A DNA stretch of 64,000 bases, taken from a virus. Within the stretch, counting starts at the first letter, position 1, and every line of letters starts with the position of its first letter. Positions 46,025-56,867 of the stretch are shown here, piece after piece. The translations under genes were made by a program, and so were the position numbers. The stretch is taken from the IMG/VR virus record IMGVR_UViG_3300008116_000018. One strand, 5' to 3'. The notes below the pieces were generated by a model that saw nothing but the letters and a program-made list of their open reading frames with translations, was not told where the DNA came from and made no database searches.

Positions 46025-47140
46025 TTAATACTCAACAACAAAATATCCATTACCGCCCGGCGCACATGTGAAGGACGAACCTGAGCAACCGCATGGACAA
46101 ATAAAACAAAAGTTTTGGTTGCTGTAACTGCACGTGCATCGTGCAACGTACTGTGGGTTTTGACCACCGCCACCACCACCACCACATCCTGCGATGCCAA
46201 AACATCTTGTTGCGACTTCACAGTTACAACTAACAGAATTTGCTCCACCAAATACGCTTGCAATGTATGTTGGACATGGATATCCAGCGGCAGTGCCTGC
46301 AATAGATGTGTCTAGTCTAGACGTAGAGACAATAAATTCTCCTGGCCAACGGGGTTTAACGAGAGGAACACTCACATCATTAATGGCAACAGCTTCACCA
46401 TTAAATGCTTTACATGCAAATAAATCGGAACCTGTGGTACCAGGAAATTCGCTTTGTGTAGTGGTGCCTAAATAACTGCCAGCCGCCCCGCCTTTTCCAC
46501 CCATGACAACAAAGTAACATGTGTTACAATTGTTATTGCATGTTAAAGTGTGACAGAAACAGGTCGCCATTGCTTGAGGGCAACCACAAAGCCCACAGCC
46601 ACCACAGCTACCTGTGGCTGTAATTAAACATGTTACGTTGGCTGCGGTATTTGCTGTACCTGTTCCGCCACACCCGCCACATCCTCTGCCTACGCCGCTG
46701 GTGCGATAGTCGCATGGTTGATTGTAGTTACCGCAACAGAAACCTTCAAAGGTAACTCCGGCACATCCGCCAGCCGCTATAATTTGAGTTCCCATACATG
46801 TTGTGCCACCAGGATAAGCGCCAACCGTAATAGTACATGCTGTTCCTGGAGTAACATCTACTTCAGCGAGAACATAACCACCACCACCGCCGCCGTGACC
46901 ACCCATGCTAGGATGACAAGGGCAACTCATAGAAGGTGAACAAGCGCATGAAGGAGCGCCGCCAGCGCCGAGGGCTGAAACTCTAACTTTGGTAACACCA
47001 GTAGGAACAGTGAACGTTCCAGATACACCAAAAAATTCAAACTGACCGCTTCCGAATGCTGTGTAAGTTGTACATGGTTTTTTTCCAAAAACTAGTGGAC
47101 TTGCGACCAATTCTTTTGGTAATGATACATATCTTGCCAT
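46025..47140 (-). CDS. Gly/Cys-rich tail-fibre/adhesin-like protein
   Basis: SGTFTVPTGVTKVRVSALGAGG, GGGGGGY and GGNGYFVVEY glycine-rich domain; 36 Cys in 371 aa. Confidence 0.75.
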   Translation of the reverse strand: MARYVSLPKELVASPLVFGKKPCTTYTAFGSGQFEFFGVSGTFTVPTGVTKVRVSALGAGGAPSCACSPSMSCPCHPSMGGHGGGGGGYVLAEVDVTPGTACTITVGAYPGGTTCMGTQIIAAGGCAGVTFEGFCCGNYNQPCDYRTSGVGRGCGGCGGTGTANTAANVTCLITATGSCGGCGLCGCPQAMATCFCHTLTCNNNCNTCYFVVMGGKGGAAGSYLGTTTQSEFPGTTGSDLFACKAFNGEAVAINDVSVPLVKPRWPGEFIVSTSRLDTSIAGTAAGYPCPTYIASVFGGANSVSCNCEVATRCFGIAGCGGGGGGGQNPQYVARCTCSYSNQNFCFICPCGCSGSSFTCAPGGNGYFVVEY

Positions 47141-47144
47141 TTTT

Positions 47145-47570
47145 TTATACCTCGAATTCTATGTTAGGGCGTGTTTCTAAAATTTCCGTAAAAGGAATAA
47201 TATAAGACAAAACACACGAATTGTTGTTATTCAATTTTTCAATTTCAGTAGGAACAATAGAAAATATTTCATCGGCCCAAGTTCTAATTTGATCTTTTCT
47301 TTCGACAGCTAAACCATTATAATGACTAGATGTTAAATATGATGTATACCACGTCACAATTTCATTTAGTTTTTCGATGTGTCCGTTTCTTATAGAATTA
47401 AACTCTTCAACTGTCATACTTGGAGACAGAAAAAGTTGTAATTCGTCATTAAATTTATATCCAACTAAAACATCATAGTCTGCTGGACTCGGCACACAAT
47501 TAGGACTATCTATTGAGCCAACAATAATATTTTCTATAATATTATTGTTTAAAATAAGTGATTTTAACAT
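47145..47570 (-). CDS. Hypothetical protein (possible fibre assembly chaperone)
   Basis: AT-rich ORF between tail-fibre genes. Confidence 0.55.
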   Translation of the reverse strand: MLKSLILNNNIIENIIVGSIDSPNCVPSPADYDVLVGYKFNDELQLFLSPSMTVEEFNSIRNGHIEKLNEIVTWYTSYLTSSHYNGLAVERKDQIRTWADEIFSIVPTEIEKLNNNNSCVLSYIIPFTEILETRPNIEFEV

Positions 47571-47592
47571 TTTTTTATTTTCCTTTCACTTT

Positions 47593-47913
47593 TTATGAAG
47601 CCGATTCTTCAATTCCAAATACAACAACGCTTGTATTAGAATTGGTTGATAATGCACGAATCGTATTTCCAGCTTCAAGTACAATAGCACTTCTTTCTAG
47701 CACACCAGATGGTGGAATATTTGCATTAAATTCGATGTAACTATTGGCTGTCATAGACCCAAGAGTAGTTAACGCCATGTTAATTCGAGCATCGCCAGAA
47801 GCGGCTTGGTTACACACTGAAATTGTTAAACTTGCAATTAAACCTGCTGGAACAGTATACACTAACGTATCGGTGTTTTGGGTGAGTATAGTTCGACTTA
47901 ATATTCCTGACAT
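47593..47913 (-). CDS. Hypothetical virion protein
   Basis: YTVPAG..SVCNQ..YIEF..GVLERSAIVL..VVFGIEE; late promoter at 47942-47949. Confidence 0.7.
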   Translation of the reverse strand: MSGILSRTILTQNTDTLVYTVPAGLIASLTISVCNQAASGDARINMALTTLGSMTANSYIEFNANIPPSGVLERSAIVLEAGNTIRALSTNSNTSVVVFGIEESAS

Positions 47914-47949
47914 TTTTTATCCTCTTTTAATTTGTATGATGTATTTATA

Positions 47950-49176
47950 TCAAAAGTTTCCGTAAAAATACAATTTTGAAGCAGATACGCCACCACCGGC
48001 GGCGGCCCATCCTGTTGATTTATAAACCTCAAGTCTGTCTAGTGTCGTATCGTAGCGAAGCATACCGACAGTCGTATAACCTGCTTTTTCTGCGGTAGTT
48101 CCTGAAGGAATCTTCAATGCGCCTGTGCTTGTGAATGATACGTTTCCAGAAGCTGTCAATGCCGCTGTTGAGACTGACGTTAGCCCTGTTAATGATGTTG
48201 AAGTTGCACCTAGCGCAACGTTGGTGTTACCAATTGTTAAACTACTATTCGTCAACATTGTATTCGTAACAGTGCCAGTGTCAGCAGAGCCAACTAACGT
48301 TCCTGATGTAGGCAATGTTACACTGGTGTTTGCTGTAGCAGTTACTGTTGTATTGAATGCGCCTGCTGTCGTTAAGTTTCCACCAATAGTGATTGTTCGA
48401 CCAGCATTGTTGACACCTGTACCACCATACGTTGAATTAATTACTGTGCCTTGCCAAACACCAGTTCCGATTGTGCCGACTGATGTTAAGCTAGAATTGA
48501 TTACGGTGCTACCAAGAGTTGTTGAAGATAGAACTGATGTTCCATTAATTTCAAATATTTTACCCGTAACAAGATTAAAATCTTCAGAAGAAGTCCAACC
48601 AAGTGAAGACCAACTAATAGTTTTATCAGTAGCACCCTTAAGAGTAATACCACCACCAACAGCAGTGAGATCGGTTGGGGATGCTGTAGAACCTAACTCA
48701 ATATTGATATCATCGACAGTAAGAGTTGTCGAATTGACTGTAGTGGTTGTACCGTTGACAGTTAAGTCGCCAGTTATTGTTGCATTACCAGTGACAGTTA
48801 AGTTTGTTGAAAGTGTCGTATTACCGGTAACGTTTAAGTCTGTTCCGACATATAGTTTCTTAGCAACACCAAGACCACCAGCAACTTTAAGTGTACCTGT
48901 AGTAGAAGAACTTGCGTCTGTAGTTCCTGCAAGCGTTAATATGTCTGTGCTTGTATCGTATGTGAGTGCAGAATCATCCGTTAACTGACCTGCTGTCGTA
49001 GTAAGTGCAACTCTACCGGAAGTTAAATTGTTTGCAGATAATGTGCTACCTACGATATTGCCAGTAACAATGTTGCCCGTAGTGCTAACCACCGAGTTAA
49101 CAGCGTTTGCAGTGTCATTAAACGCATTTCTGAACTGACCAAACGTGTCGCTTAAGAGTACTTGTGAAATAGGCAT
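47950..49176 (-). CDS. Tail fibre-like protein
   Basis: Thr/Gly/Ser-rich repeats, GDLTVNGTTTTVNSTT, SSLTSVGT, C-terminal LKIPSGTTAE..GMLRYDT..LEVY. Confidence 0.8.
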   Translation of the reverse strand: MPISQVLLSDTFGQFRNAFNDTANAVNSVVSTTGNIVTGNIVGSTLSANNLTSGRVALTTTAGQLTDDSALTYDTSTDILTLAGTTDASSSTTGTLKVAGGLGVAKKLYVGTDLNVTGNTTLSTNLTVTGNATITGDLTVNGTTTTVNSTTLTVDDINIELGSTASPTDLTAVGGGITLKGATDKTISWSSLGWTSSEDFNLVTGKIFEINGTSVLSSTTLGSTVINSSLTSVGTIGTGVWQGTVINSTYGGTGVNNAGRTITIGGNLTTAGAFNTTVTATANTSVTLPTSGTLVGSADTGTVTNTMLTNSSLTIGNTNVALGATSTSLTGLTSVSTAALTASGNVSFTSTGALKIPSGTTAEKAGYTTVGMLRYDTTLDRLEVYKSTGWAAAGGGVSASKLYFYGNF

Positions 49177-49178
49177 GA

Positions 49179-49430
49179 TTAGTCTTGTCTCTCTTTAGTT
49201 ATTTTTAGTAATAGATGTTTGATTTCGTTAAGGTCTGACTTGATGCTGTCTACTTCTCCACGAATCAACGTGATTTCATTTCTACTCTTATTTATATCAG
49301 ATATTTTTCTTTTTTGAATTTTATACTTAAGAAGTGCGTCCATATCTGTATTTAGAATTGCCTTAGAGTTTTTATCTCTCTCGGTAAATCCACGAACAGG
49401 CTCTGCAATTTTAATTTTTTCTACTATCAT
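49179..49430 (-). CDS. Hypothetical coiled-coil protein
   Basis: RDKNSKAILNTD..EIKHLL; follows the large structural gene. Confidence 0.7.
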   Translation of the reverse strand: MIVEKIKIAEPVRGFTERDKNSKAILNTDMDALLKYKIQKRKISDINKSRNEITLIRGEVDSIKSDLNEIKHLLLKITKERQD

Positions 49431-52400
49431 GCTAGTGCTATTCCTCTTAAATCTTTGACTTTCGGAGCATAACTTGGGTTGCTAGACAAGAATGTGATCT
49501 TGATCGCAAAGTTCTTGTACCCTTGGAATGTTCTTCCATCAGGTGTTGTGTAAGCAACTGTATTATTTAGAACACGGAAAATGTCTTGACCAGAAGCAAC
49601 TGTAGAAAATGCAGACTCAACTGTCAATGCTGTGTTATTTGCAATTGTAGCAACCACACGTTCTGTTCTAGCAGTACCGACAGCGATTGTATCGCCAATT
49701 TTCAAGTCTTCAATAAAGCGAGTAGATGTACCGATGACTGTTGTAGATACGTTCGAGATTGCAACTGTACCAGCAAGAAACTCGGAACCACCAGTTTTCA
49801 CTGTAGATGGTACAACATACTTTTCTTCTTTGTACTCATTTTGATTGAGTGTGAAGGTTTCTGTGCCAACTAATTCCATAGGAGTATAGAATTTATCATC
49901 AAACGCATCTGTGTCGTTTTCATTCAACAGCTTGCAGTAAACTTTAATAGATGTTCCTGGTGGTCTGTTGATCTTCAAATAAGTAACTAAATCTGAGGCT
50001 TCAAATCCATCATTCAACGTCACAACTTTAGTGATGTATCTAGACTGCGATGAATATGCTCCAGTTGGATTCTCTTCATTGCGAACAGTCATTGCTTGAC
50101 TGACTGCATTTGATGTAGTAAAGTTATTTGAAACAGTCAAAACTGTGTTACTTGATATCGAAGAAACTCTGCGATATTCGTCACCGAAGTATGCATATTC
50201 ACCAGGGAATACTTGTGTGGTGAACGTTGTACCAGTACCAATAACAACATTATTACCAGAAGCATATGTAACTGTTCCAGAAACGGCAGTTTCATCTAGA
50301 TTATTAATAATGTTTTTATCGAAGTGGAAAAGAAGTTTTTCGTTATCGATGTATGGGCTGATATACTTGTTTGTCGTAGACAATGTTGCTTTTACTAACA
50401 ATGATTTAAAGTTGGCAGCCGTTTCAGATGCAGATGTAGAAATCTGTTTTCTAGAACGCAATACCAGTCTTTCATATTTTTTAATTGTAGTGAAATCTTC
50501 ATCGACTGCTAGGTTACTATCAGAAGTTTTAATTTCATACTTGATGTTAGTTCCCGCAAGAACCACATCGGCAATTGATGGTGTTAACGCATCATACGTG
50601 AAAGCCGTAGTTAATGGAATGTTATTCCAGAAAGCAACTTTAGAAGTAGTCGTATCAAACTGTGCGACTCTCATAGTGAATTTCATATCAGTGTTTTGTT
50701 TTACAGCCCAAGTCTTGTCATTAGACGATGAAAATAGAACACCACTGTTATATGCAGATTCAATTCTAGTTTGCTTATTTGGTTCTGTAATATCAACTGC
50801 GCCCAACTCGGCAACCCAAAGTGCAAAATCAGGATCATTGTTTGATGGCTTAACCGTGAAACAGTAATCAACACCAGGACTCAAATAGATAGGATTCTTA
50901 AATGTGCATTTTGTTGCGACTGATGCATTTTCACTTACATTGATATCTGTGTTTTTAACAACCGCATTATCACCATCACTAATTAATTCTGGTGAAGGGA
51001 ATCCATTTTCGAGTTCACGTATCTCAACTGTAACATAAGCATTCTCCGATTGTGACTTTGTTCTAAAGAACAAGTCGATAGAAGTTAAGTACATGCCTCT
51101 TTCAAATGTATTTGGATCGACAAAGAAACTCTGTGATAATGGATCCCAGTTTTGTGGAGGTGGTATAGTCACTCTTCCGGTTTCAACACGCTGAGATGAG
51201 ACTGTTCTTCTGCCTATAGATCGCTGTGTATCGAATGATATACTAGTGAATGGTCTAGAGTTAATCGAGAACGATGCAGTCTTTTGTATAACACCCTGTG
51301 AAGTAATGATGTTTCTTGCACTTGTTAATGTTGTGCCTTCTGAGTTTGTAGGACTGTCTGTAATTTTAAACTCACGTTGACCAGTGTAAAATTTCTTAGA
51401 TGGAACTTCAAACAACAAATAGATTTCGTTATTTTTAACAATTAATGGTTGTGCAGTGTTTGCGCCATCAGCAATTGCTTTCCAAGTAACGTTCTCATCT
51501 TCTAATACACCAGCGTTGTTGAACTTATTCAATGTCTGTAGAGTAGAAGTGCCAAGCAATTGAATCTGATAACAATTTGCGGTAACATTAACACCATCAA
51601 AGAATGCATAAACTCTAGCGTTGTTTTTCAGACCTTTAGCATAAATTACAAATTCACGCTGACGCATCCACAGTGCAACTTCTACACTCACAACTCTATC
51701 AAAAGAAACTTCTTGTTTACTTGCTAGAGGTCTCTGGCCAGTTGCAATTTTGTTAAACGCTTCTTGTGTCACTGTGCGTAATGCTGTGGTGACGTTTTGA
51801 TTTCCCTGTTGTGTTGTTTGTTGCGCTGTGTCTACTGTTTGCTGTGTGCCACCAAGCCAATGTTGATTTAATGGCGCAACTTCTGTGTTCCACGCATCGA
51901 TCAATGCTTTCCAGTTATCTGCACCTTGGTCATCGTTGTACACTTGCGCTTTAGTTGGATCGTTTACGGTATCAAAGAATGTATCAGCAAATGGCATGAC
52001 AGATAAGTCACCAGTCCATATGAAGTTTAATTCTTCAGCGAGTCTTAGTTGTCTAGATGCATATTGTTGTTTTAGACCAGGCGCTTCAACTTCAGTATAC
52101 GGCAACATAATTTTGTTACCAACTTGAAGTGATGTTGTTGAAGTAGTTGTTCCTGTAGTGGAATAACGAAGTCCTACAGTGTTTGAGTTATCCTGTTTAG
52201 CAGTTACAAAGTTATTTTTCTTGTCGATAGCACAATCTTTGGCATCGTTAGACGTGGATGCAACTGCCCAACCAGTAAATGGATCGACAAGAATACCATT
52301 CTTGAATCTATCTAAACCATCATTGTCCAATTCTGTTGTGTCTGTTGCCTGTTTTTCTAAGAAACTCAATGCAGTGAAATACTCAAGTCTTTCGAGTCTT

Positions 52401-55400
52401 TCATTCATACGTGCAACTTCACGCATTGTAAGACGCTTGTTCTTTAATAGCTTGATTTGAACATCGATTGGTAAAGATGGATATGCTGGAATAATTAATT
52501 CTGCAATCTCTAATGTATCTGGCTTTGTTGGTGGTGATTCTGCTCTCTGATTACCAGCTTGTGCAGGCACACCATCGTTGATACCGAATACACCAGCATT
52601 GTTGATGTATACTTTTGAGATTCTACCTTTGTAGTAAATCAAGTCAGCATCAAAGTCTGAATTTGATTGTGGAATACGAAGACCAAACGTAGGCACTTGA
52701 TATGTACCAACGTCAATAGGATTTAAAGCTGTGTTAGCAGTCTTGATTGGTCTAAAGTCAACCGAATCACGAAGTTTAAAAATCTTCTTAGTTGTAGGAC
52801 TTGTGAAAATCGGTATGCGTGAAGTCGCAATCGTAGTATTTGATGATACTTCATCGTTGATTGGATATGAGTCAACTGATGCGTAACCAACACCTTGAGA
52901 TGTGTCGTGCGTAAAGTTGTCAAATACAGCCAACAGTCTACCAGAAGGAACAAATCCTGTCACTGGACGAATTGATCCATGCTCGTATGCATAGTCACGT
53001 TGTCCATTGTCTAGTGTGAAACTAGAAATAACATTGGTGTTGCCTGTAGTTGCGGCTGTATCAAATGAAGACGATTGATATACTGCGTGTAGTTGATAGA
53101 TATCACCTACGCCTAATCCGAACGGACCAGACAATCCGCTGATGTGTGTGTTTGGATTAATGTTTGCTTGCGTTTGAAAATTCAGTGTTTTGATTTTTTC
53201 TCTAGCATTCGCTCTATCCATTGACACGATAACGTCAGCAGTGAATGTTGCATTTTCTTGAACGTCAATCGATGCAGTGCCTGGAGAAGTAACGTTAACA
53301 GTTCTTGTACTTCCCTTTCCGCCATTGTCAGAAAGAGACAACACCGTTCCTGTTGGTATAATTTTTGTGTGTGCGACACCAGTAGCACCAGCACCATGCG
53401 CTGTTGCTAAAGTTAGTGCAGTAGCACTTGCAATAGATGCAATTCTGTGCGTAGTAGTTGATCCAATTTTAATTAAATCACCGACATTGTATTGTGATGT
53501 GAATAGTGTGCCACTGCCAGTAACAGCAGTAGATGATGCACCTACAGTAACAGTACCAGTCAACGCAGAAGTTTCTACGTTTGCGCCACCATTGTTAACA
53601 ACAACCATATAGAAGTCGTTTTTCTGTGTGGAGTTTAATGTATCTGTACCAACGAATGTTTCTGTAACAGTATCCGTTGCAATAGTTGCAACACCAGATG
53701 TGAAAGATACAGTAAACTTTTTCTTGAATCTAAACGAAGTTTCAACGTTTTGTAATGTGTCACGAAGAGTTTTAACCGCATCATATGGTAACGGAAAAAT
53801 CATCGAATCAAAAGAAGTCTCTTGTAAAACAGCGCCAGCGGTAGTTGTTACAATATCAGCAAAACGTTTTGGTGTCGCAGAATCATATATCGCACGAACT
53901 TGAGAAAATGTTTTACCAGCAACCATTGCAATTTCATACAAATACAAATAGTATCTTGCATCGGCAGTACCTTTAGTACCACTTACGTATTCAATAGAAC
54001 GAACCCTAGCAGTACCAATCGCACTACCGGCTACTGTTGCTGTCGAATGTGTTAAGTTTGTAATCACTTGCTGTGGTGTGTCATACAAATCAACCAATGT
54101 TGATTCCTGAATATCCCATGCACCGACTAACTCTTTAACTTCAATATATTGTCCATAGTTAATTTGAGTCTTTGTTTGCTCTACGTATTGAGTGTCTAGA
54201 CCCTTCTCTACTTCAATTTGTGTTTTTATGATAATCTGATTTCTATATCCAGACACATATGATGTGAATGGATCAACTTCAACCATAAGCAAATCTGAGT
54301 TGCCGCCTTCGGCAGAAGTATACACACCAGTGTCAGTTCCAGATGTTGTCAAGTGTTCACGAACGTAAACGACAGGATCAGACAACGTGTAGTTACCAGA
54401 TTCTTCATTTGTTCGTTTTGCTAAAACATCTTCTAGTTTATTGTCAACAGTAATTGATTTTCTTTTTCTAGCAATACCGTCTTCAATTTCGGTGATTGTG
54501 ATGAATTCATTTTCATCTGTTGTTGCGCCTAACGCAATCTTAGTGAGTGTCGTATCGATCTTGAGTCTATCAGCACCAGGTGCTTGAAAGTTTGGTGTGC
54601 CCTGTGCGTTATCAACAAGCGATTGATCTTCAATGTAATCAATGAATGTTTTTGTTGGAACTAAACCAACTCTATATGAAGGCTCATTCGTGTACTTGTC
54701 GAGAATAATTGTTTGTGTAGAGTGCTTAACAAAATGGTCTGCGACATAAACGACACCTTCTGATACAGTAATCTTAGAACCGTAGTCATATACCTGTTCT
54801 GTAGCTAGACCTTCATTCACTACGTTTCTAACTGCATTTGTTGCCGCAGCCAATGCGTATGCTCTGCCTGTTGTGTTCGCAGTGAAAATTGTTTCCGAAT
54901 TTGCAAATTTAGTATTTGCACTTTGATTTGAAATACTTGTTACGTTAATTACTTGAGTAACACCAGTGCTTAATACTGTGTTTGCTGTTGTTGCAGTTAA
55001 TGTTCCAGATGTGTTTGAAACAAAGATTTTAATTGCACCAGAAATTGGATCGGTATAAAATGCTTCAATCGTAGCAGTATTACCTGTTGAGAAGGTAATT
55101 GTATTTCCTGATGTGAGTGTAGTTGGTGCAACGTTTACTGTAAGAACTTGTGTTCCGTTTGTTGCATAGTTGATGAATAGTGTTTTTGGATCAGTGCCAT
55201 CAATGTCTTCAACAAGTCCACAGTATGCTTTAATGCCGCTGTTTGCGCCATAGATTATGCTACCAACAAAATTCGCAACTGCAACTGTGTTACTATTATA
55301 TGTAGGTTGAAGTTTGACGAAACTTAAATTTAAGTCTAGGTTTTGTTCGCAACCATCGACAAGAGCGCCTTGCTTGAAAAAATATTCAGCAAAGCGTCTA

Positions 55401-55558
55401 GTCTGCACCTGTTGAAGAGTCTGTGCTTGTGTAAGTTCTCTAGCCTGAACAGCACGTCCAGGACGATAGAGAACTCTTACAAACTTTTTATCTTCATTAT
55501 AATCATCAAAATATGGACTGGTATTTAAGTCTAGTCCACCAGGATTTGTATTTGCCAT
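49427..55558 (-). CDS. Large virion structural protein (DUF4815/VrlC-like), 2043 aa
   Basis: LNTSPYFDDY..RVLYRPGRAVQARELTQ, APGADRLKI, RTNEESGNY, RFKNGILVDPF, DPLSQSFFV, KVKDLRGIALA. Confidence 0.88.
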   Translation of the reverse strand: MANTNPGGLDLNTSPYFDDYNEDKKFVRVLYRPGRAVQARELTQAQTLQQVQTRRFAEYFFKQGALVDGCEQNLDLNLSFVKLQPTYNSNTVAVANFVGSIIYGANSGIKAYCGLVEDIDGTDPKTLFINYATNGTQVLTVNVAPTTLTSGNTITFSTGNTATIEAFYTDPISGAIKIFVSNTSGTLTATTANTVLSTGVTQVINVTSISNQSANTKFANSETIFTANTTGRAYALAAATNAVRNVVNEGLATEQVYDYGSKITVSEGVVYVADHFVKHSTQTIILDKYTNEPSYRVGLVPTKTFIDYIEDQSLVDNAQGTPNFQAPGADRLKIDTTLTKIALGATTDENEFITITEIEDGIARKRKSITVDNKLEDVLAKRTNEESGNYTLSDPVVYVREHLTTSGTDTGVYTSAEGGNSDLLMVEVDPFTSYVSGYRNQIIIKTQIEVEKGLDTQYVEQTKTQINYGQYIEVKELVGAWDIQESTLVDLYDTPQQVITNLTHSTATVAGSAIGTARVRSIEYVSGTKGTADARYYLYLYEIAMVAGKTFSQVRAIYDSATPKRFADIVTTTAGAVLQETSFDSMIFPLPYDAVKTLRDTLQNVETSFRFKKKFTVSFTSGVATIATDTVTETFVGTDTLNSTQKNDFYMVVVNNGGANVETSALTGTVTVGASSTAVTGSGTLFTSQYNVGDLIKIGSTTTHRIASIASATALTLATAHGAGATGVAHTKIIPTGTVLSLSDNGGKGSTRTVNVTSPGTASIDVQENATFTADVIVSMDRANAREKIKTLNFQTQANINPNTHISGLSGPFGLGVGDIYQLHAVYQSSSFDTAATTGNTNVISSFTLDNGQRDYAYEHGSIRPVTGFVPSGRLLAVFDNFTHDTSQGVGYASVDSYPINDEVSSNTTIATSRIPIFTSPTTKKIFKLRDSVDFRPIKTANTALNPIDVGTYQVPTFGLRIPQSNSDFDADLIYYKGRISKVYINNAGVFGINDGVPAQAGNQRAESPPTKPDTLEIAELIIPAYPSLPIDVQIKLLKNKRLTMREVARMNERLERLEYFTALSFLEKQATDTTELDNDGLDRFKNGILVDPFTGWAVASTSNDAKDCAIDKKNNFVTAKQDNSNTVGLRYSTTGTTTSTTSLQVGNKIMLPYTEVEAPGLKQQYASRQLRLAEELNFIWTGDLSVMPFADTFFDTVNDPTKAQVYNDDQGADNWKALIDAWNTEVAPLNQHWLGGTQQTVDTAQQTTQQGNQNVTTALRTVTQEAFNKIATGQRPLASKQEVSFDRVVSVEVALWMRQREFVIYAKGLKNNARVYAFFDGVNVTANCYQIQLLGTSTLQTLNKFNNAGVLEDENVTWKAIADGANTAQPLIVKNNEIYLLFEVPSKKFYTGQREFKITDSPTNSEGTTLTSARNIITSQGVIQKTASFSINSRPFTSISFDTQRSIGRRTVSSQRVETGRVTIPPPQNWDPLSQSFFVDPNTFERGMYLTSIDLFFRTKSQSENAYVTVEIRELENGFPSPELISDGDNAVVKNTDINVSENASVATKCTFKNPIYLSPGVDYCFTVKPSNNDPDFALWVAELGAVDITEPNKQTRIESAYNSGVLFSSSNDKTWAVKQNTDMKFTMRVAQFDTTTSKVAFWNNIPLTTAFTYDALTPSIADVVLAGTNIKYEIKTSDSNLAVDEDFTTIKKYERLVLRSRKQISTSASETAANFKSLLVKATLSTTNKYISPYIDNEKLLFHFDKNIINNLDETAVSGTVTYASGNNVVIGTGTTFTTQVFPGEYAYFGDEYRRVSSISSNTVLTVSNNFTTSNAVSQAMTVRNEENPTGAYSSQSRYITKVVTLNDGFEASDLVTYLKINRPPGTSIKVYCKLLNENDTDAFDDKFYTPMELVGTETFTLNQNEYKEEKYVVPSTVKTGGSEFLAGTVAISNVSTTVIGTSTRFIEDLKIGDTIAVGTARTERVVATIANNTALTVESAFSTVASGQDIFRVLNNTVAYTTPDGRTFQGYKNFAIKITFLSSNPSYAPKVKDLRGIALA

Positions 55559-55586
55559 TTATTTTTCAAGCCTACGTTTTTTTAAA

Positions 55587-56867
55587 TTAGAATTGAATGA
55601 TTAGTTTAACGTCTTCAATTTGGTCAGCCGCTCTGGAGATTGGCACACGATTTTCGACATAGATAATGTCGCCTGTGTATGGCTGTAAGCCTGGAGTTGT
55701 GATAGCCGCAATTGTACCCGAAGCAGATGATGTACCACCAGAAACGCTTGCTGTGTTAGCAAACGGACGATTCAATGGTAGTGTAGTAAACAAGTTTGGT
55801 GTTGTGAATTCAACAACGCTTGCTGTGTTAGATCCGCTAGTGATAGTTTCATCTAATGTAAATGTTCCAGAGATGCCAGACAATTGATATTGGAATGACT
55901 GTCTGAAAGAAGATGCAACTGCTCTTGTAGTTGTACCATACAAATATGGATCACGAATAATACCAACTTGACGGAACTCATTAGCTGTAGAGAATGTGTT
56001 AGATTCTGTGCCATCTAAACGAACGTTAAGCATAATGTACTTACCACCGAGTTCTTCAAGTGCATTCGATCCGTGGCCACCTTTTGGTGAGATTACAGCA
56101 GTAGCGGCAGCGGCACCAGAAGCAAATGTAACTTGCGCTCTTGTGTATCCTGTACCAGGATTTGTAATTGTAACTGCGGTAACAACACCAGCAGTAATTG
56201 TTGAGTTTGCTGTAGCGCCTGTACCATCACCAGTAATAGTAACTGCTGGCGCTGAACCGTATCCAGTACCACCAGATGTTACGTTGACAACGTGAATACC
56301 ACCATCAACGGCCGCAACTTGTACGTCCCATTGATCTGAACCATCATCCGAAGCAAGTGTTTGCACTGGAATGTAATCGTTCGTCAAAAACTTCAATGCT
56401 TTAGCAGTAGTGACTGTGTACATGTATTTCCAAATGTATCCGTCTGCTGTAGTGAATGGGGATGTGCTTACGCCTGATGGCTTTGTCGTTGACGCTGTTC
56501 CGCCAGCATTACCTAAAACTTTATATACATTATAGTCTTCTGTGATAACATAAAAATCGTCAGACTCAAGTAAGTTTGTGTCTTGGTCATCATACTTGTC
56601 ATAGACTGTACCAGCAGTCCAATCATATCTTGGAATAGCGTGGCTAACGTCTGCTGTGGTAATACGCTTTGCGGCGTACATATCACGCCACGGAGTATAT
56701 TCAACGTTTGCAGTTGAATTTACTGGTGTTGGAGGTGCGTTATCGTTTGGAAATGCGGTACTTTTTCCAATAAACAAATACATGATAGTATTTGACGTTT
56801 CAGAAAATGCTTCTGCGAATTGCTCTGCATTGTGTACTCTGAATTTTGTAGTTACAATTGATGCCAT
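55587..56867 (-). CDS. gp8: Baseplate wedge subunit
   Basis: IPRYDWTAGTVYD, FYVITEDYNVYK, DGYIWKYMY, GDIIYVENR..QIEDVKLIIQF. Confidence 0.9.
   Translation of the reverse strand: MASIVTTKFRVHNAEQFAEAFSETSNTIMYLFIGKSTAFPNDNAPPTPVNSTANVEYTPWRDMYAAKRITTADVSHAIPRYDWTAGTVYDKYDDQDTNLLESDDFYVITEDYNVYKVLGNAGGTASTTKPSGVSTSPFTTADGYIWKYMYTVTTAKALKFLTNDYIPVQTLASDDGSDQWDVQVAAVDGGIHVVNVTSGGTGYGSAPAVTITGDGTGATANSTITAGVVTAVTITNPGTGYTRAQVTFASGAAAATAVISPKGGHGSNALEELGGKYIMLNVRLDGTESNTFSTANEFRQVGIIRDPYLYGTTTRAVASSFRQSFQYQLSGISGTFTLDETITSGSNTASVVEFTTPNLFTTLPLNRPFANTASVSGGTSSASGTIAAITTPGLQPYTGDIIYVENRVPISRAADQIEDVKLIIQF

Noticed and set aside
45296-47140. Classical RiPP precursor peptides
   Set aside because: No leader/core organisation, peptidase, transporter, radical SAM or LanM/YcaO enzyme is nearby, and the 371-aa protein has a tail-fibre-type glycine-rich domain. 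Virion proteins are more likely.
48125-48988. Long plus-strand ORFs (also 50145..50867, 58842..59294, 2366..2746 and many shorter ones)
   Set aside because: They are antisense shadows of well-supported minus-strand genes with biased codon usage, and show no recognisable motifs.
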